Part shown: positions 35,532 to 47,684 of the stretch, piece by piece
Layout of the letters: the number at the start of each line of letters is the position of its first letter
How positions within the stretch are numbered: position 1 is the first letter of the stretch
DNA from: Macrostomum lignano
Lineage: Eukaryota
Direction: 5' to 3'
Assembly (NCBI GenBank): GCA_002269645.1
Contig: NIVC01003585.1
Span: 25,485 to 89,484 of the forward strand
DNA: 64,000 nucleotides
Program-made: the position numbers and the translations under genes
Notes under the pieces: model-generated
The model's database searches: none
Seen by the model: the letters and a program-made list of their open reading frames with translations, nothing else
Told to the model about the DNA's origin: nothing

Positions 35532-37070
35532 CTAGCCGCCTCTCTTGTTAACTCCAGGGTCCTGCGCCACGGTGGCGCCCTGACCGCAGGCTCGGCCGCA
35601 GGCTCGCCCCCCGAACAGCAGGCGGTTGCAGGAGCGCCGGAAGTCGGCGGAGCGCCAATAGTAGATGAACAGATTGGCCGTGCAGTTGACCAGCTGCAGC
35701 ACCCGGATGTAGGGCCCGATCCGGGAGCGCTGCGCCGGCGGCACGGGCACCAGGAAAACGAAGCCGATACGGGACGACACCTGGGTGGCGAACATGACGG
35801 CCACGGTGAAGAAGATCGTGTAGGAGGCCTCGCGAAGCTCTCTGCGGTCAGTGCGGGTGACAGGTATATATTTGCAGCTTTTATGGGCTGAGAGTAGGGG
35901 GCAGAGCAGTACAGTGTGGTGAGCGTGTCTGACTCCACACCCCTCAGGACCAACCCCTAAAGCACAGAAAGTGTACATGCCTAACGATAAATAAAGTTAG
36001 GGCCGTTTTACACTCCTGTGTGAGTGTGTGCCTGTCTGTGCCTATGATTGCGTACGTACCCGCGCGCTTGTGTGCCTGCTCAGGGAATGGGCAGTAATGC
36101 CTCTCGCCGGTTGTGTAATAATGTCGCTTAAAGTTCACCAGGATGAACACAGGCCATGGCCTCTAAAAATATCCTGAGCTTCTGCTCAAAGGAGCGCCCC
36201 CCCCTCCAGAATGTACTCGCCTATTGGTGGAGTCGGACGCCGCGTCGCTGGCAGCCGCGGTGCCAGAGAACGATTTTAGTCGGATGAACATCACGGCCAA
36301 GGACAGCATGCTGAGCACCATGGAGGCCACGGTCAGGACCAGGGTTGAGGTGGTAGACCAGTTGTTGTAGTCCTTACCCTGCGTGCCCTGGTTGGTGCAC
36401 AGCGGCACCAGAGCGTCGGGTCTGTAAGCGGGGCAAATGTGGAGCCGTGAATTCCTGGTGAAAAAGTTTATTCGTGTTTTTCTGGCAATTGAGGTTGGCA
36501 GCGGCTTCCAAGGCAATAAAATGGGGGATTTCTTGACACACCTTGGCAGGGTGATGATGAGGAAGCTGGCGTCCAACAGGGCGACTCCCCAGCCGAGACA
36601 GCAGGCAGTCGGCAGGTACCAGCGGTTTCTGCGGCAGTAATGCAGCGGCAGCATCACGGCAAAGCAGCGATCGATGGAGATGAGCAGGGTGAAATAAACC
36701 GAGCTGATAATCGGAAGGACATGGAGAAGACGTCCTTGAGACAGTCGAGCGCGGTGGCGAAAGCTGGCATGTCGTTGTAGTGCCTGTAGATTCTCTGAGC
36801 GGTCACGATCAGGTAGGACAGTCCGGTGAGCAGGTCGGCCGTGGCCAGGTTTACAAAGAGCACAAAGTACTTCTTAGAACGGAGGCTGGGCGTGAACAGG
36901 ATGGTGAAGAGAATAATCGAATTGAATCCGACAGACATGAAGCCGAAGCTGCAGAGCAGGATGCTGGCGCCGTTCTGAGCAGCCAGCGTCGACTTGCTCA
37001 GGGCGATGATCGCCGACATGTAGTCGACGGTAGTTGCGACGGAGCTGTTGGCGTCGGTCTCGTTGGACAT
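35532..37070 (-). CDS. Class A GPCR, Srsx/chemoreceptor-like, about 346 aa, 3 exons; one 1-nt frameshift near 36727 (assembly error or pseudogene)
   Basis: Exons 37070-36542, 36421-36221 and 35841-35532. Motifs: N-terminal NET/NSS, TM1 GFNSIIL, TM2 NLATAD, ISIDRC, TM4 LGW and TM7 VNCTANLFIYYWRSADFRR. Adding one T in GTCTTCTC joins the two ORFs. The intron 2 donor is AG|GCGAGT. Confidence 0.85.
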
Positions 37071-37092
37071 CGCGCTGTCTGCGATTGTGCGA

Positions 37093-37535
37093 TGGGGATT
37101 CCAATATCGATGGGGATTCCAATATCGATGGGGATTCTAATATCGATGGGGATTCCAATATCGATGGGATTCTAATATCGATGGGGATTCCAATATCGAT
37201 GGGGATTCCAATATCGATGGGATTCCAATATCGATGGGGATTCCAATATCGATGGGGATTCTAATATCGATGGGGATTCCAATATCGATGGGATTCCAAT
37301 ACCGATGGGGATTCTAATATCGATGGGGATTCCAATATCGATGGGGATTCTAATATCGATGGGGATTCTAATATCGATGGGGATTCCAATATCGATGGGG
37401 ATTCTAATATCGATGGGGATTCCAATATCGATGGGGATTCCAATATCGATGGGGATTCCAATATCGATAGGGATTCCAATATCGATGGGATTCCAATATC
37501 GATGGGATTCCAATATCGATGGGGATTCCAATATG
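37093..37535. repeat. 18-bp minisatellite (GATGGGGATTCCAATATC)
   Basis: About 25 copies beginning about 23 bp upstream of the GPCR ATG. Each junction forms ATCGAT. Confidence 0.96.
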
Positions 37536-37571
37536 GATTGGCTTTGAGACGGTGCTTGGGTGCTCGGAAAG

Positions 37572-37845
37572 GGCAGGGGTTTATGGGGCAGGGTTTATGG
37601 GGGATGAGTTTATGGGGAGGGTTTATGGGGGATGGGTTTATGGGGGAGGGTTTATGGGGGAGGGGAGGGTTTATGGGGGAGGGTTTATGGGGGAGGGTTT
37701 TATGGGGGAGGGTTTATGGGGGAGGGTTTATGGGGGAGGGTTTTATGGGGGAGGGTTTATGGGGCAGGGTTTGTGGGCAATGGTTTATGGGGCAGGCTTT
37801 ATGGGGCAGGGTTAATGGGCAAGGGTTTATGGGTGAGGGGTTTAT
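37572..37845. repeat. G-rich ~14-bp repeat (GGGGAGGGTTTATG)
   Basis: About 18 degenerate copies with runs of 3-5 G. Confidence 0.92.
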
Positions 37846-38621
37846 TGAGGCTCAAAAAATAGAAGCAACTCACTTGTCAGTTTCCAATTTCGCGTTCTGT
37901 TACCTACAGACACTCCGAGAGTGCTCGGAGACTGATCATCAGCCGCTGCTGCAGAGGCGAATTTATATCCAAGAGAGGCCGGACAAATTTCCGACTGATT
38001 GGGGTTGTGGGGAGCAGAGCCAGGGATTTGGGGTTGGGATCTTTTCCCCAGGCAACTGGGGCAACCTGTTTTTCTAGGCATTCCAGACTCATTCAGAGCG
38101 CGCCTTTTTCGAGATGAGATTTTAAAACCAGGAAAAAATTTTAATCAGGATAAAAAATGTAATTATCTTCTGGGAAATTGAGGGTGTTCCCTTATCAACT
38201 AATCCGATTTCGGCTGCGATTCGGGGAGGTAGGAGAGATGAATTTAAACACAGGGCGCGAGCTTGGAAGATTTTCGAACGGCTTGGCGTTGGGTAAGTGG
38301 CCCGCTCACGAGAACTGTGAAAAATTCTTGATCTCTTTCAGCATATTATATTCGAATATTAGCCTCCTCAAGGCATTGCCCATTAGCCTCCTCTAAGCTT
38401 CCCATTAGCATATTCTTAGCAGCATCATAGCTTCCTCTGAGCTTCCAATCAGCTTCAAATTAGTTCCGTATAGTTTAGTTTTATCATCCTTCTAGCATCT
38501 GCCACTGATTTCAGTAGTATATTGAGTGGATACAGTATCTGCGACTGAATCTGGCAGCGGCTATGAGCGAAACTGCTGAAGTGCAAAGAAAAATGCGCTT
38601 TTCAGAATGCCCCGTCTGCAT

Positions 38622-38679
38622 GTCCGTCTGTCTGCCTGCCTGTCTGTCTGTCGTCTGTCTGTCTGTCTGTCTGCCTGCC

Positions 38680-38722
<43 letters not shown>
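38622..38722. repeat. Short (TCTG)n microsatellite
   Basis: About 25 units. Confidence 0.95.
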
Positions 38723-38723
<1 letters not shown>

Positions 38724-39119
38724 GGCTTTTATGCTTGGCGCCAATAAAACTCCAAAAGAATACATTCTGTAGTCCATGGCCAGACCCAAGCGGAAAAAGG
38801 CCATTGACGCACTCGTAAGCGTTCAAGAATTATACATTTTGCTCCGATTTAATAAGAGATGAAAAATGAATACAGTTCAAGCAATGGATAAATAATCAGC
38901 GGTCCCAGTGCGTGACAACGATTGTCTGGCGAGCGCCGGTAGGCGCGAGCCATAGACAAATCGTTGTCACGCTGCTGCGACGCTGATTCTTTGCATTGTT
39001 TTTCTGTTTGAAGATCCTAAAACAATGCATTGTTTGTAGTAACGTATTGTTCTGCATAAAAAATGCGAATAATGATCGTCAAATTGCTAAACAATGGCAG
39101 ACTGTCCATCATGCAGTAC

Positions 39120-42100
39120 GCGCGCTCGCCTTTCAGCCGTTAAGTCAGCAAAGCGACATACGAGTTTCAATACAACTGGTTGCTGCTCCCTAAAGCAATG
39201 CTAAAAATGCAGTCTTGCAAAGCGAGAAAACATACCAGTTTTTGAGTAACAAAGCTATGTATCCTGAAAAGTCCGTATTGGTTAAAAAAAACTCGCATTT
39301 TTCAACTCTGACTGCAATTTCAACTTTTTTAACTTCAACTCTACGGATTATAGAAATGTAAATGGCTACTGCTATGGTTATGGCTATGGCTATATGACTA
39401 TGGCTCTGGCTATAGCTATGGCTATGGCTATGGCTATGGCTATGGTTATGACTATGGCTATGGCTATAGCTATGGCTATGGCCTCTGGCTATAGCTATGG
39501 CTATGGCTATGGCTCTGGCTATAGCTATGGCTATGGCTATGGCTATGGCTATGGTTATGACTATGGCTCTGGCTATAGCTATGGCTATGGCTCTGGCTAT
39601 AGCTATGGCTATGGCTATGGCTATAGCTATGGCTATGGCTATGGCTATGGCTATGGCTATAGCTATGGCTATGGCTATGGGCTATGGCTATGGCTACGTC
39701 CATGTCCAATGCGCTAATTTTACTTGAACTCTTTGGCAATATTGTAAACTAGAAGGCAAAGCACCCTTGAATAGTCAAGTTGTGCTTCACACTGATCGAC
39801 TTAACTACCTAACCGTGATAAAATCCGAGATTAATTAACAATTTACTACTAATCAGAGTATTTTAGAGTATATATACCCCAACTGATAAGTCATTTTACG
39901 GCTCAGCATAACGAATCCTTATTTTTTAGATCATTTTTAGGTAAAAAATTAGAGTTTTTCCTTGTCACCTGAATAAATTGTATGCACTTAAACCGATTCA
40001 ATTCTTCAATGGCATCTTTTAGCAGAAACCAAAGCTTTATTCATTTCAAGAGTCAAAGTTGAAAAACGTGCTTTTATGAAGCTACTGCAACAAGACGAAA
40101 CGACAGTTTATGGTAAAAAATATGATTTATTACCACCTGCTGGGGCTACAGAAAGCACTTTATAAGTTTTTTCTCTTATTAAGTGTGTAAAATGAAAGCC
40201 AGAAACTTGGGATATCATCTGCAGACGCGAATTATCAGATATAGGTAATAAAGAAAAGAAACTGATCTGCAGACAGAAAGAAACTGATCTACAGACAGAA
40301 AGAAACTGATCTACAGACAGAAAGAAACTGATCTACAGACAGAAAGAAACTGATCTACAGACAGAAAGAAACTGATCTGCAGACAGAAAGAAACTGATCT
40401 ACAGACAGAAAGAAACTGATCTACAGACAGAAAGAAACTGATCTACAGACAGAAAGAAACTGATCTACAGACAGAAAGAAACTGATCTACAGACAGAAAG
40501 AAACTGATCTACAGACAGAAAGAAACTTATCTACAGACAGAAAGAAACTGATCTACAGGCAGGCAGAGGCTGATCTACAAGAGTGACGAGAGGTGAACGA
40601 CAGAGTGACGACAGGAGGTGAACTACAGAGTGACGACAGGAGGTGAACTACAGAGTGACGACAGGTGAACAACAGAGTGACAAGAGGTGAACTACAGAGT
40701 GACGAGAGGAGGCGAACTACAGAGTGACAACAGAAGGTGAACTACCAGAGTGACAAGAGGTGAACTAGAGTGACAAGAGGTGAACTGCAGAGTGACAAGA
40801 GGTGAACTACAGAGTGACAACAGAAGGTGAACTACCAGAGTGACAAGAAGTGAACTAGAGTGACAAGAGGTGAACTGCAGAGTGACAATATGTGAACTAG
40901 AGTGACAAGAGGTGAACTACAGAGTGACGAGAGGAGGTGAACTACAGATCTACAGAAGTGAACTACAGAGTGACGACAGGAGGTAAACTACAGGAAAAGG
41001 CGCAGATCTGCAGACAAATATAAAAGTAGAAGCTGATCAAACAACAGTCAAACGCGCACCAGGATGCTGTTGTCGGTGATGTTACTCCTGACGCTGATCG
41101 CAAGTCGCCTGCCAACGAGTCGGCCGCAGCGCAACCTCGCCGATGAGTCCATCACCGAGTGGGTGAACTTCCTCCGCTGGCTGCAGCCTGGAGTCACCTC
41201 CTTCACGTTGTCGTTCGGCGACTCGCTCAGCCTGGACTGTCGCGGCACCAGCCACGTGAAGAAGGTCCGCCTGCCGCTGGCCCTGGAGTGGCGCCTGCAC
41301 GACCGGGCGCTGACAGACGAGGGCCCGACCGGCCGCGTGAGCCTGATGGACGACGACGGCCGCCTGACGGTGGAAAACGTCAACGAGCGCGACGGCGGGC
41401 TTTACGCGGCCTACGCGGAGACTCGCTCGCTGGCCCGGCTGCTCGACCTGAGCCTGGCCACCGGCCCGAACGACACTAGGGTGCAGCTCGGCGACCGGTT
41501 CCTCGGGTCCCGGTTGGCCCTGTGCCTGTTCGTTGTTCGCGTGGAGACTCTCCGGGTGTTCTCGCTGCGCGAGGGCGACCCGTTTGAGGTGAACGCCAGC
41601 AGCTGGCTGGCGCCGGTCGCCGACACGCTGGACGCGCTGGGCATGGCCCAGGAGGAGTGGAGCCTGGCTTGGTACCACCAGGACGAGACCAGCGTGCCGT
41701 GCCGGCGTATCGCCGTCTGTCACCTGGCATTGAACGGCTCGCACGAGGTCGGCAACGGCGGCTGGAGTTTGGAGCTGCGCAGCCTAGTTGACACCAAGAG
41801 TCAGCGTCGAGTGCTGATGGAGTTCAGCGTGACTGTGCTCCCAGCGCTGAGCTACCTGGAGTCGTTCCCGCTGGAGACGCACCAGTACTACATGGTATCC
41901 GGGACGCTGATGATTGCGCTGTTCCTGCTGTCGCTGCACCTCTTCAACAATTTGAACTGGACGCCGTTCGCTTTTGACGTCCTGCCGGATCAGGTGTCAC
42001 CAAAGGCTGTGCTCGATCAGGCCGGTGTCTTCTTGAAGGATAGTCGTGTTTGATTGACAGGCTGGATTGGTTGATTCATAGATTAGCTGATTGACTAATT

Positions 42101-43066
42101 ATTTGATTGATTAATTGATTGGTTGATTGATTGATTGACTGACTGATTGAACTGCTTGATTGATTGATTGATTTACTAATTAATTGATTGAGTGATTGAT
42201 TGATTTATTGATTTATTTATTTATTTATTCGTCGATTGATTGGTTGATTGATTTACTGATTGAACTGCTTGATTGATTGATTATTTGATCAATAGATTGA
42301 TTCATTGATAAACAAAATTTATAAAATCTAGGATGCTCACTTGCCTTTAACTTTATCTATCAACTTTTTAATGGACCGGTTAAAGAGTGTTTAGTGTCTC
42401 ATTTTTATATTATTTAATGTTCAATCGACTAATTGATTCAATCGCGGGATTCTGCATCCCTCCACTTCACTAGCTGCAATGTACATCAGTTGGCCCGCTG
42501 AGAATGTACATTTTTCCTGCACCAGAACGTATCACGTGATCTGTTATTTTCAATCTCTCCGTGTAGCAGCCCCTTCAATCGGCTTTCTTGGCGTGATAAA
42601 ACTTCTGATAACTTTTTATTGCTAGTTACAACTGGGTTCATTTGTTAATTTGTAAAATTTATCGCAACCTTATCTTATCAGTCTGTAATTTACTTTATTT
42701 TTAAGCCAATTAACTGTGCGAAATACGAGGTCAGAAAAGTTCCAGTTTTTTGCTGCTAATTTATTACGAGTTCAGCCCAGGATCTTTTCTGGCACACCTC
42801 GTATGCCGTTTATAGAAGAATATTCTTGTTCATACATGTATATTCTGCTTCGTGCAGCAGCCCTTTCTCACTAGCTAAATAACTGACACTGTCAAAAATA
42901 GACATCCGCAGGTGCAGGGAAAACTGCTGAAATAAAAGATTCCGCAGTTAGCGTGTAAAGCAAGCCTCTCTCAAACTAACAGCCTCTCTTAGCTTCATCA
43001 CTGGGGCGTCTCACGGCTGGCTCTTTGCTTTACCTTGCAGTCGTGAAGGGGAGAATTTAGAGACAT
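39120..43066 (-). CDS. Putative AT-rich multi-exon gene of unknown function (partial model, some disablements)
   Basis: Best-supported phase-consistent exons: 39791-39724 ([22 protein letters not shown]), 39340-39236 ([34 protein letters not shown]) and 39189-39120 ([23 protein letters not shown]). Further candidates are 40218-40137 and 40084-39969 (need indel correction), 42926-42836, and 43066-43034 ([11 protein letters not shown] after AAAA-ATG). Clean short introns of 46, 52, 61 and 107 nt, the last two with CTAAY branch sites. Confidence 0.55.
39361..39696. repeat. (GGCTAT)n hexamer microsatellite
   Basis: About 55 units. It lies in a candidate intron (39341-39723) of the minus-strand gene. 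Confidence 0.96.
40258..40992. repeat. Two adjacent ~22-bp minisatellites (AAAGAAACTGATCTACAGACAG; GAGTGACAAGAGGTGAACTACA)
   Basis: About 14 homogeneous copies (40258-40560), then about 19 degenerate copies (40580-40992). Confidence 0.93.
41064..42053 (+). CDS. Intronless type I membrane protein with two Ig-like domains, 329 aa
   Basis: Signal peptide; Ig pattern [23 protein letters not shown]; a second beta-rich domain with LAWY; NxS/T sequons; one C-terminal TM ([20 protein letters not shown]) and a short tail. High GC3. Confidence 0.82.
   Translation: MLLSVMLLLTLIASRLPTSRPQRNLADESITEWVNFLRWLQPGVTSFTLSFGDSLSLDCRGTSHVKKVRLPLALEWRLHDRALTDEGPTGRVSLMDDDGRLTVENVNERDGGLYAAYAETRSLARLLDLSLATGPNDTRVQLGDRFLGSRLALCLFVVRVETLRVFSLREGDPFEVNASSWLAPVADTLDALGMAQEEWSLAWYHQDETSVPCRRIAVCHLALNGSHEVGNGGWSLELRSLVDTKSQRRVLMEFSVTVLPALSYLESFPLETHQYYMVSGTLMIALFLLSLHLFNNLNWTPFAFDVLPDQVSPKAVLDQAGVFLKDSRV
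42052..42310. repeat. Degenerate (GATT)n microsatellite
   Basis: GATT/GACT/TATT units starting at the Ig gene stop codon. Confidence 0.88.
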
Positions 43067-43619
43067 TTTTGTCCCGCAAAAATTTTCCCAACTAAAAACG
43101 GTTCAACTGTTGTCTCTCCCAGGCTCTTTGCAGACTCCCAGTGTGAGGAGACGCGCCGTGAGGGGGCTGCTTCCGTCCAGCCTCCTCCGCCACATCTGTC
43201 CTGTACTGAGTGTACTCTCCAACAGCTGCCTTCCCACCCAGTATAGTTTTCCCAGGCCAGGCCAGGTTTCTAGATTCAGTATCTGGAGGGAATTAGCAAA
43301 GGAAGTGAACAATTCCCTTGGACAAAGGGCCACAAGAACTTACCGATGAATACTCTATACGACAGTAACTTCTAGTGGTCCTTGAGCTTGGAATGCAGAT
43401 TAAAACACAGGTGATGCAGCACGTCCTAGGCCCCCAAAAATTTTTGGGCACCCTCCCTTTTTCCCCTTTGATTCCTTCGTTCCCGTGATGATTCATGCTT
43501 ATCACCCACCCCACTCCTCCGCGCACCAACCCCACCTCCTTTCTATTCTCGGTTCCCAAGCTTTTTATTGCCTGTTACGTAATCCGCAATCATAAATCAT
43601 TTTTCTCCGCTGCGCCCCA

Positions 43620-43750
43620 CCCCAATTTCTCGTCCAATCGCAGCACGGCTGGCGGGTGACGTCATCAGGGTTGCTTGAAAACGGAGGTCCAGGACAGGTC
43701 ACGGGCTTCAATATCACGCATATGCGTCACGTGATCCAGTGACGCGTGAT
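43620..43750. promoter_or_regulatory. Candidate promoter motif cluster
   Basis: Two CCAAT motifs, CRE TGACGTCA (43657-43664), E-box TCACGTGA (43727-43734), palindrome CGCATATGCG and ACGCGT within about 130 bp. It lies upstream of the putative minus-strand gene. Confidence 0.4.
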
Positions 43751-44096
43751 CTCAAAGTCAGCCCGGTCTCCCGCCATTGCGATCAGCATCTCCTAATTTG
43801 TCAATCTTAACTTCCTAATTCCGTTTTAATAATTAACTGAGCGTTTAGGGCCAAGTTGTTCAGGGCATTGGCTGTGCAGCTCGTTGGCTTCTGTCTGTCG
43901 ACGTATTTACTTTGAGTCGTGGCAGGAATTGTGAGTAGTGAGTGCGCCTGTCGCAGGGCATGAAATAGAAGCTGAGGATCAGAGTGGAAGATCACCGAGT
44001 ATGAGCCGAGCTTAACCAAAATAATCATAGCAGTAGAAATACTTCTAAAAAAGTTCCCGGACAATGTGCACCACGAGAGAGCCCTGGGACCTGCAC

Positions 44097-44175
44097 TTCC
44101 CCATCCCCTGCTGCCACTTCCCCATCCCCTGCTGCCACTTCCCCATCCCCTGCTGCCACTTCCCCATCCCCTGTT
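44097..44175. repeat. 21-bp short tandem repeat (CTTCCCCATCCCCTGCTGCCA)
   Basis: About 3.7 copies. Confidence 0.9.
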
Positions 44176-44277
44176 GCATCGAACTCATCTAGGAGGAAAA
44201 CATTAAGATGGTGTTATCTATTATCCACCCTTGGAATCCTTGGGGCTTAGAAGGGGAATCTATATACTAATTTTGCG

Positions 44278-45272
<995 letters not shown>

Positions 45273-46464
45273 TAATGGATCTTTCGAGAACCTTCTGGCC
45301 GAGAAATAAAGCCGATATGTATCGAAAAAGGTAAAGCGGCAAAAATGAAGCCGATATGTATCGAAAAATATGAAACTGCCAAATGCGATATGTATAGAAT
45401 GAATACAGAGAACCCTGCGATGAAAAAATCGATTTGGAAGTATTGGGTCAAATATTATGAATTTGAATGCCCCCATGGGGGGCTTGGTGCGCTAGTCGTA
45501 GACTAAAACCGCTCACCAGCTAGAAGACCCCCCAATGCAACAGTCCTCGTTTCCAGCACTGACTGTCCCTGCATGCCTCGCATAGAGTCCCTCAATCGGC
45601 CATTTCTAGTACAGTTGGGGTCAAGAACCTTCGTCTGTTACAGACCGGAAGTCCCGTCTCGGTATCGGTAGTGGGAGTTTTTGCCGGGTGTGCTCCTGCA
45701 CAGGTGACTGGTAGTGGCCATGCCTCTGGTGTGTACCTTCAAACAACAACCTGAGCCCGCTGTCTAGATGATGGGATCTTGGCCGCAACGTCAGCTACCG
45801 CACCATCCAGAGGCGGACAGAGTCTAGGGGACGGGGCCCGATTCACTCCAGAAGTGAATCTGGAGTCAAGTGGTTGCACAGGTGTATTCATGCAGCCCGG
45901 ATTACGTCACAGGGTTTTCGTTGATAGGAATAATTGGAGTGATGCAGGCCTCGATAAATTGCAATTTGCACCTCGGCTGGGTGATGCATAGATCATCGAC
46001 ATCGACTCGTATATGAAACGAAACAAATAATTAATTATTCTCTTTGTCAAAGCATCAGAGCTCGTCCTAAACAGGCCGCAAACAGTCAGTCAGCTTCATT
46101 GGGAAAACGGAGTTCTGTGATAGCTGAGTTCTAGAACACTTCGGCTCAGTGGAAAACTTACTACCTGCGATTTGCAGAGCAGCGCATGAGAGCCTTGCTC
46201 ACGCCTTCCTCCCTGGGCCAATCGGGCTGCGCACCACTCCAGCTTGTCTTCATTAGCCAAGAGAAGCTGTAGGGTGAATCCGCTAGCAAATTTCCAGGAG
46301 AAATGCCTCTAACAGGTGCGTTACTCTAAGCTTATAAAGTGGCACTCAGATGCCGTCATTCGCTAGCTACACAGAAGCTGGCATACACGGCGTATTTCAT
46401 AGCCATGATTAGCAAATGCATCAGAAGATTTTCACAATGCCTGTTCTGCTTCCACTGCAAGCAG

Positions 46465-47607
46465 ATGATGTTGCCAAGGCTTTCCAACTCCTGCCAGTCC
46501 TTCATTGCCGGGATGGCCTTGGGGACCAGCGTCACCTTCCTGCTTCTCAGCCTCGTCCAGCTGCACTTCAAAAGTCCCGCCAGTCTGACGGTGCACGAAC
46601 CGTTGCTACAACCAAAGCAGCTCGTTCGAGGGGACGATTTTCCTGAGCAGTACCGGCGTCTGGTCCGCCGCATGCGCGAGTCGCTGTACCGCTTTGACAG
46701 GCCCGGCCTGCTGCTGCCGCTCATGCGGCTCTCCGAAGCCGACAGGAGCCGCTCGCACCGAGCAGCGGCCGGCAGGGCGTGGCTCCGCAGCCAGTCGGTG
46801 GTGGTGGCAGCCACCGTGCGCACCAGCATGGCCGGCCTGCCGAGCTCCATGCACAATGTCCAGCGCCTCAGAGCTCTGTTCAACGAGTCCTGGCTGGTGC
46901 TGGTTGAGAACGACTCGACGGACTCGACTCGCAGCTACCTGCACAAGATGACGCTGACCGACCCGAACGTGCGGCTGCTGGGCTGCGGCCGGGTCAACTC
47001 CCCGCTGTCGTGCCGCATCGACATCCGCTACAGCAGCGGGCGCCGGCACGTGCCCGGCTCCTACATAAAGCGGAACTTTACCGAGGAGGTCGAGCGCGGC
47101 CTGGTCATGTCCGCCCTCCGCAGCCTGTATCTGGACTACATCTACGAGCACCTGGCCGACCGGGCATCGCTCCTGCTGATCATCGACCCGGACATCACCT
47201 GGCAGGACTGGGATCTGGACAACATCGCCCAGGGAGTTTACTACTTTGCGGCCAAGCCCAAGCTGCAGCAGCTGTGCGCCCACTCCACTGTCAGGCGCAA
47301 AGTCTATGACCCGTGCACGCTGAGCTTCCACCTGAACAAGCGCTTCGGCGAGGACACCAAGTACCCGGTGGTCAGCTACGAGAAGTCGCTTCGAGACGCA
47401 CCGCGCAGCCTGCCACCGGTGAAGGTGGAGAGCTGCTTCCAGGGCGTGTCGTTCTACCGGATGTCGGCTCTGGTGGCCCGCAGGCTGCACTATGAACGAA
47501 GTCAGGGCGAGTGGATGTGCGAGCACAACACGCTCTCCCGGCAGCTGGACGAGGTGTACATCGACCCGCAGATGCGGCTGCGAGTCAGGGCTGCTAACGT
47601 GGGCTGA
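46465..47607 (+). CDS. Intronless type II membrane GT-A-fold glycosyltransferase (CAP59/GT69-like or GT2-like), about 380 aa
   Basis: ORF 46339-47607, with the likely start at ATGATG 46465. N-terminal TM (FIAGMALGTSVTFLLLSLV), LVLVENDSTDST nucleotide-binding loop, LRSLYLDYI helix, DxD motif IIDPDI, VKVESCFQGVSFY and terminal CEH. High GC3. Confidence 0.8.
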   Translation: MMLPRLSNSCQSFIAGMALGTSVTFLLLSLVQLHFKSPASLTVHEPLLQPKQLVRGDDFPEQYRRLVRRMRESLYRFDRPGLLLPLMRLSEADRSRSHRAAAGRAWLRSQSVVVAATVRTSMAGLPSSMHNVQRLRALFNESWLVLVENDSTDSTRSYLHKMTLTDPNVRLLGCGRVNSPLSCRIDIRYSSGRRHVPGSYIKRNFTEEVERGLVMSALRSLYLDYIYEHLADRASLLLIIDPDITWQDWDLDNIAQGVYYFAAKPKLQQLCAHSTVRRKVYDPCTLSFHLNKRFGEDTKYPVVSYEKSLRDAPRSLPPVKVESCFQGVSFYRMSALVARRLHYERSQGEWMCEHNTLSRQLDEVYIDPQMRLRVRAANVG

Positions 47608-47684
47608 TTGAGTGTGGCTGTCTATCAATGTATAATATTACCCATTTGGAGTTTTAATCGCACTAGGCCAAATTTATGGCCGTT

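Noticed and set aside
37572-37845. Resemblance of GGGTTTA units to telomeric repeats
   Set aside because: Units are about 14 bp and irregular. No (TTAGGG)n tract was seen in the window.
39394-39717. Gly-Tyr-rich (GYGY) ORF resembling eggshell or keratin-associated proteins
   Set aside because: It is a (GGCTAT)n microsatellite with no signal peptide, and it lies in a candidate intron of the minus-strand gene.
45480-46000. GC-balanced unique segment that might be a retroelement or gene remnant
   Set aside because: No RT, integrase, gag or other motif was recognised in any frame.
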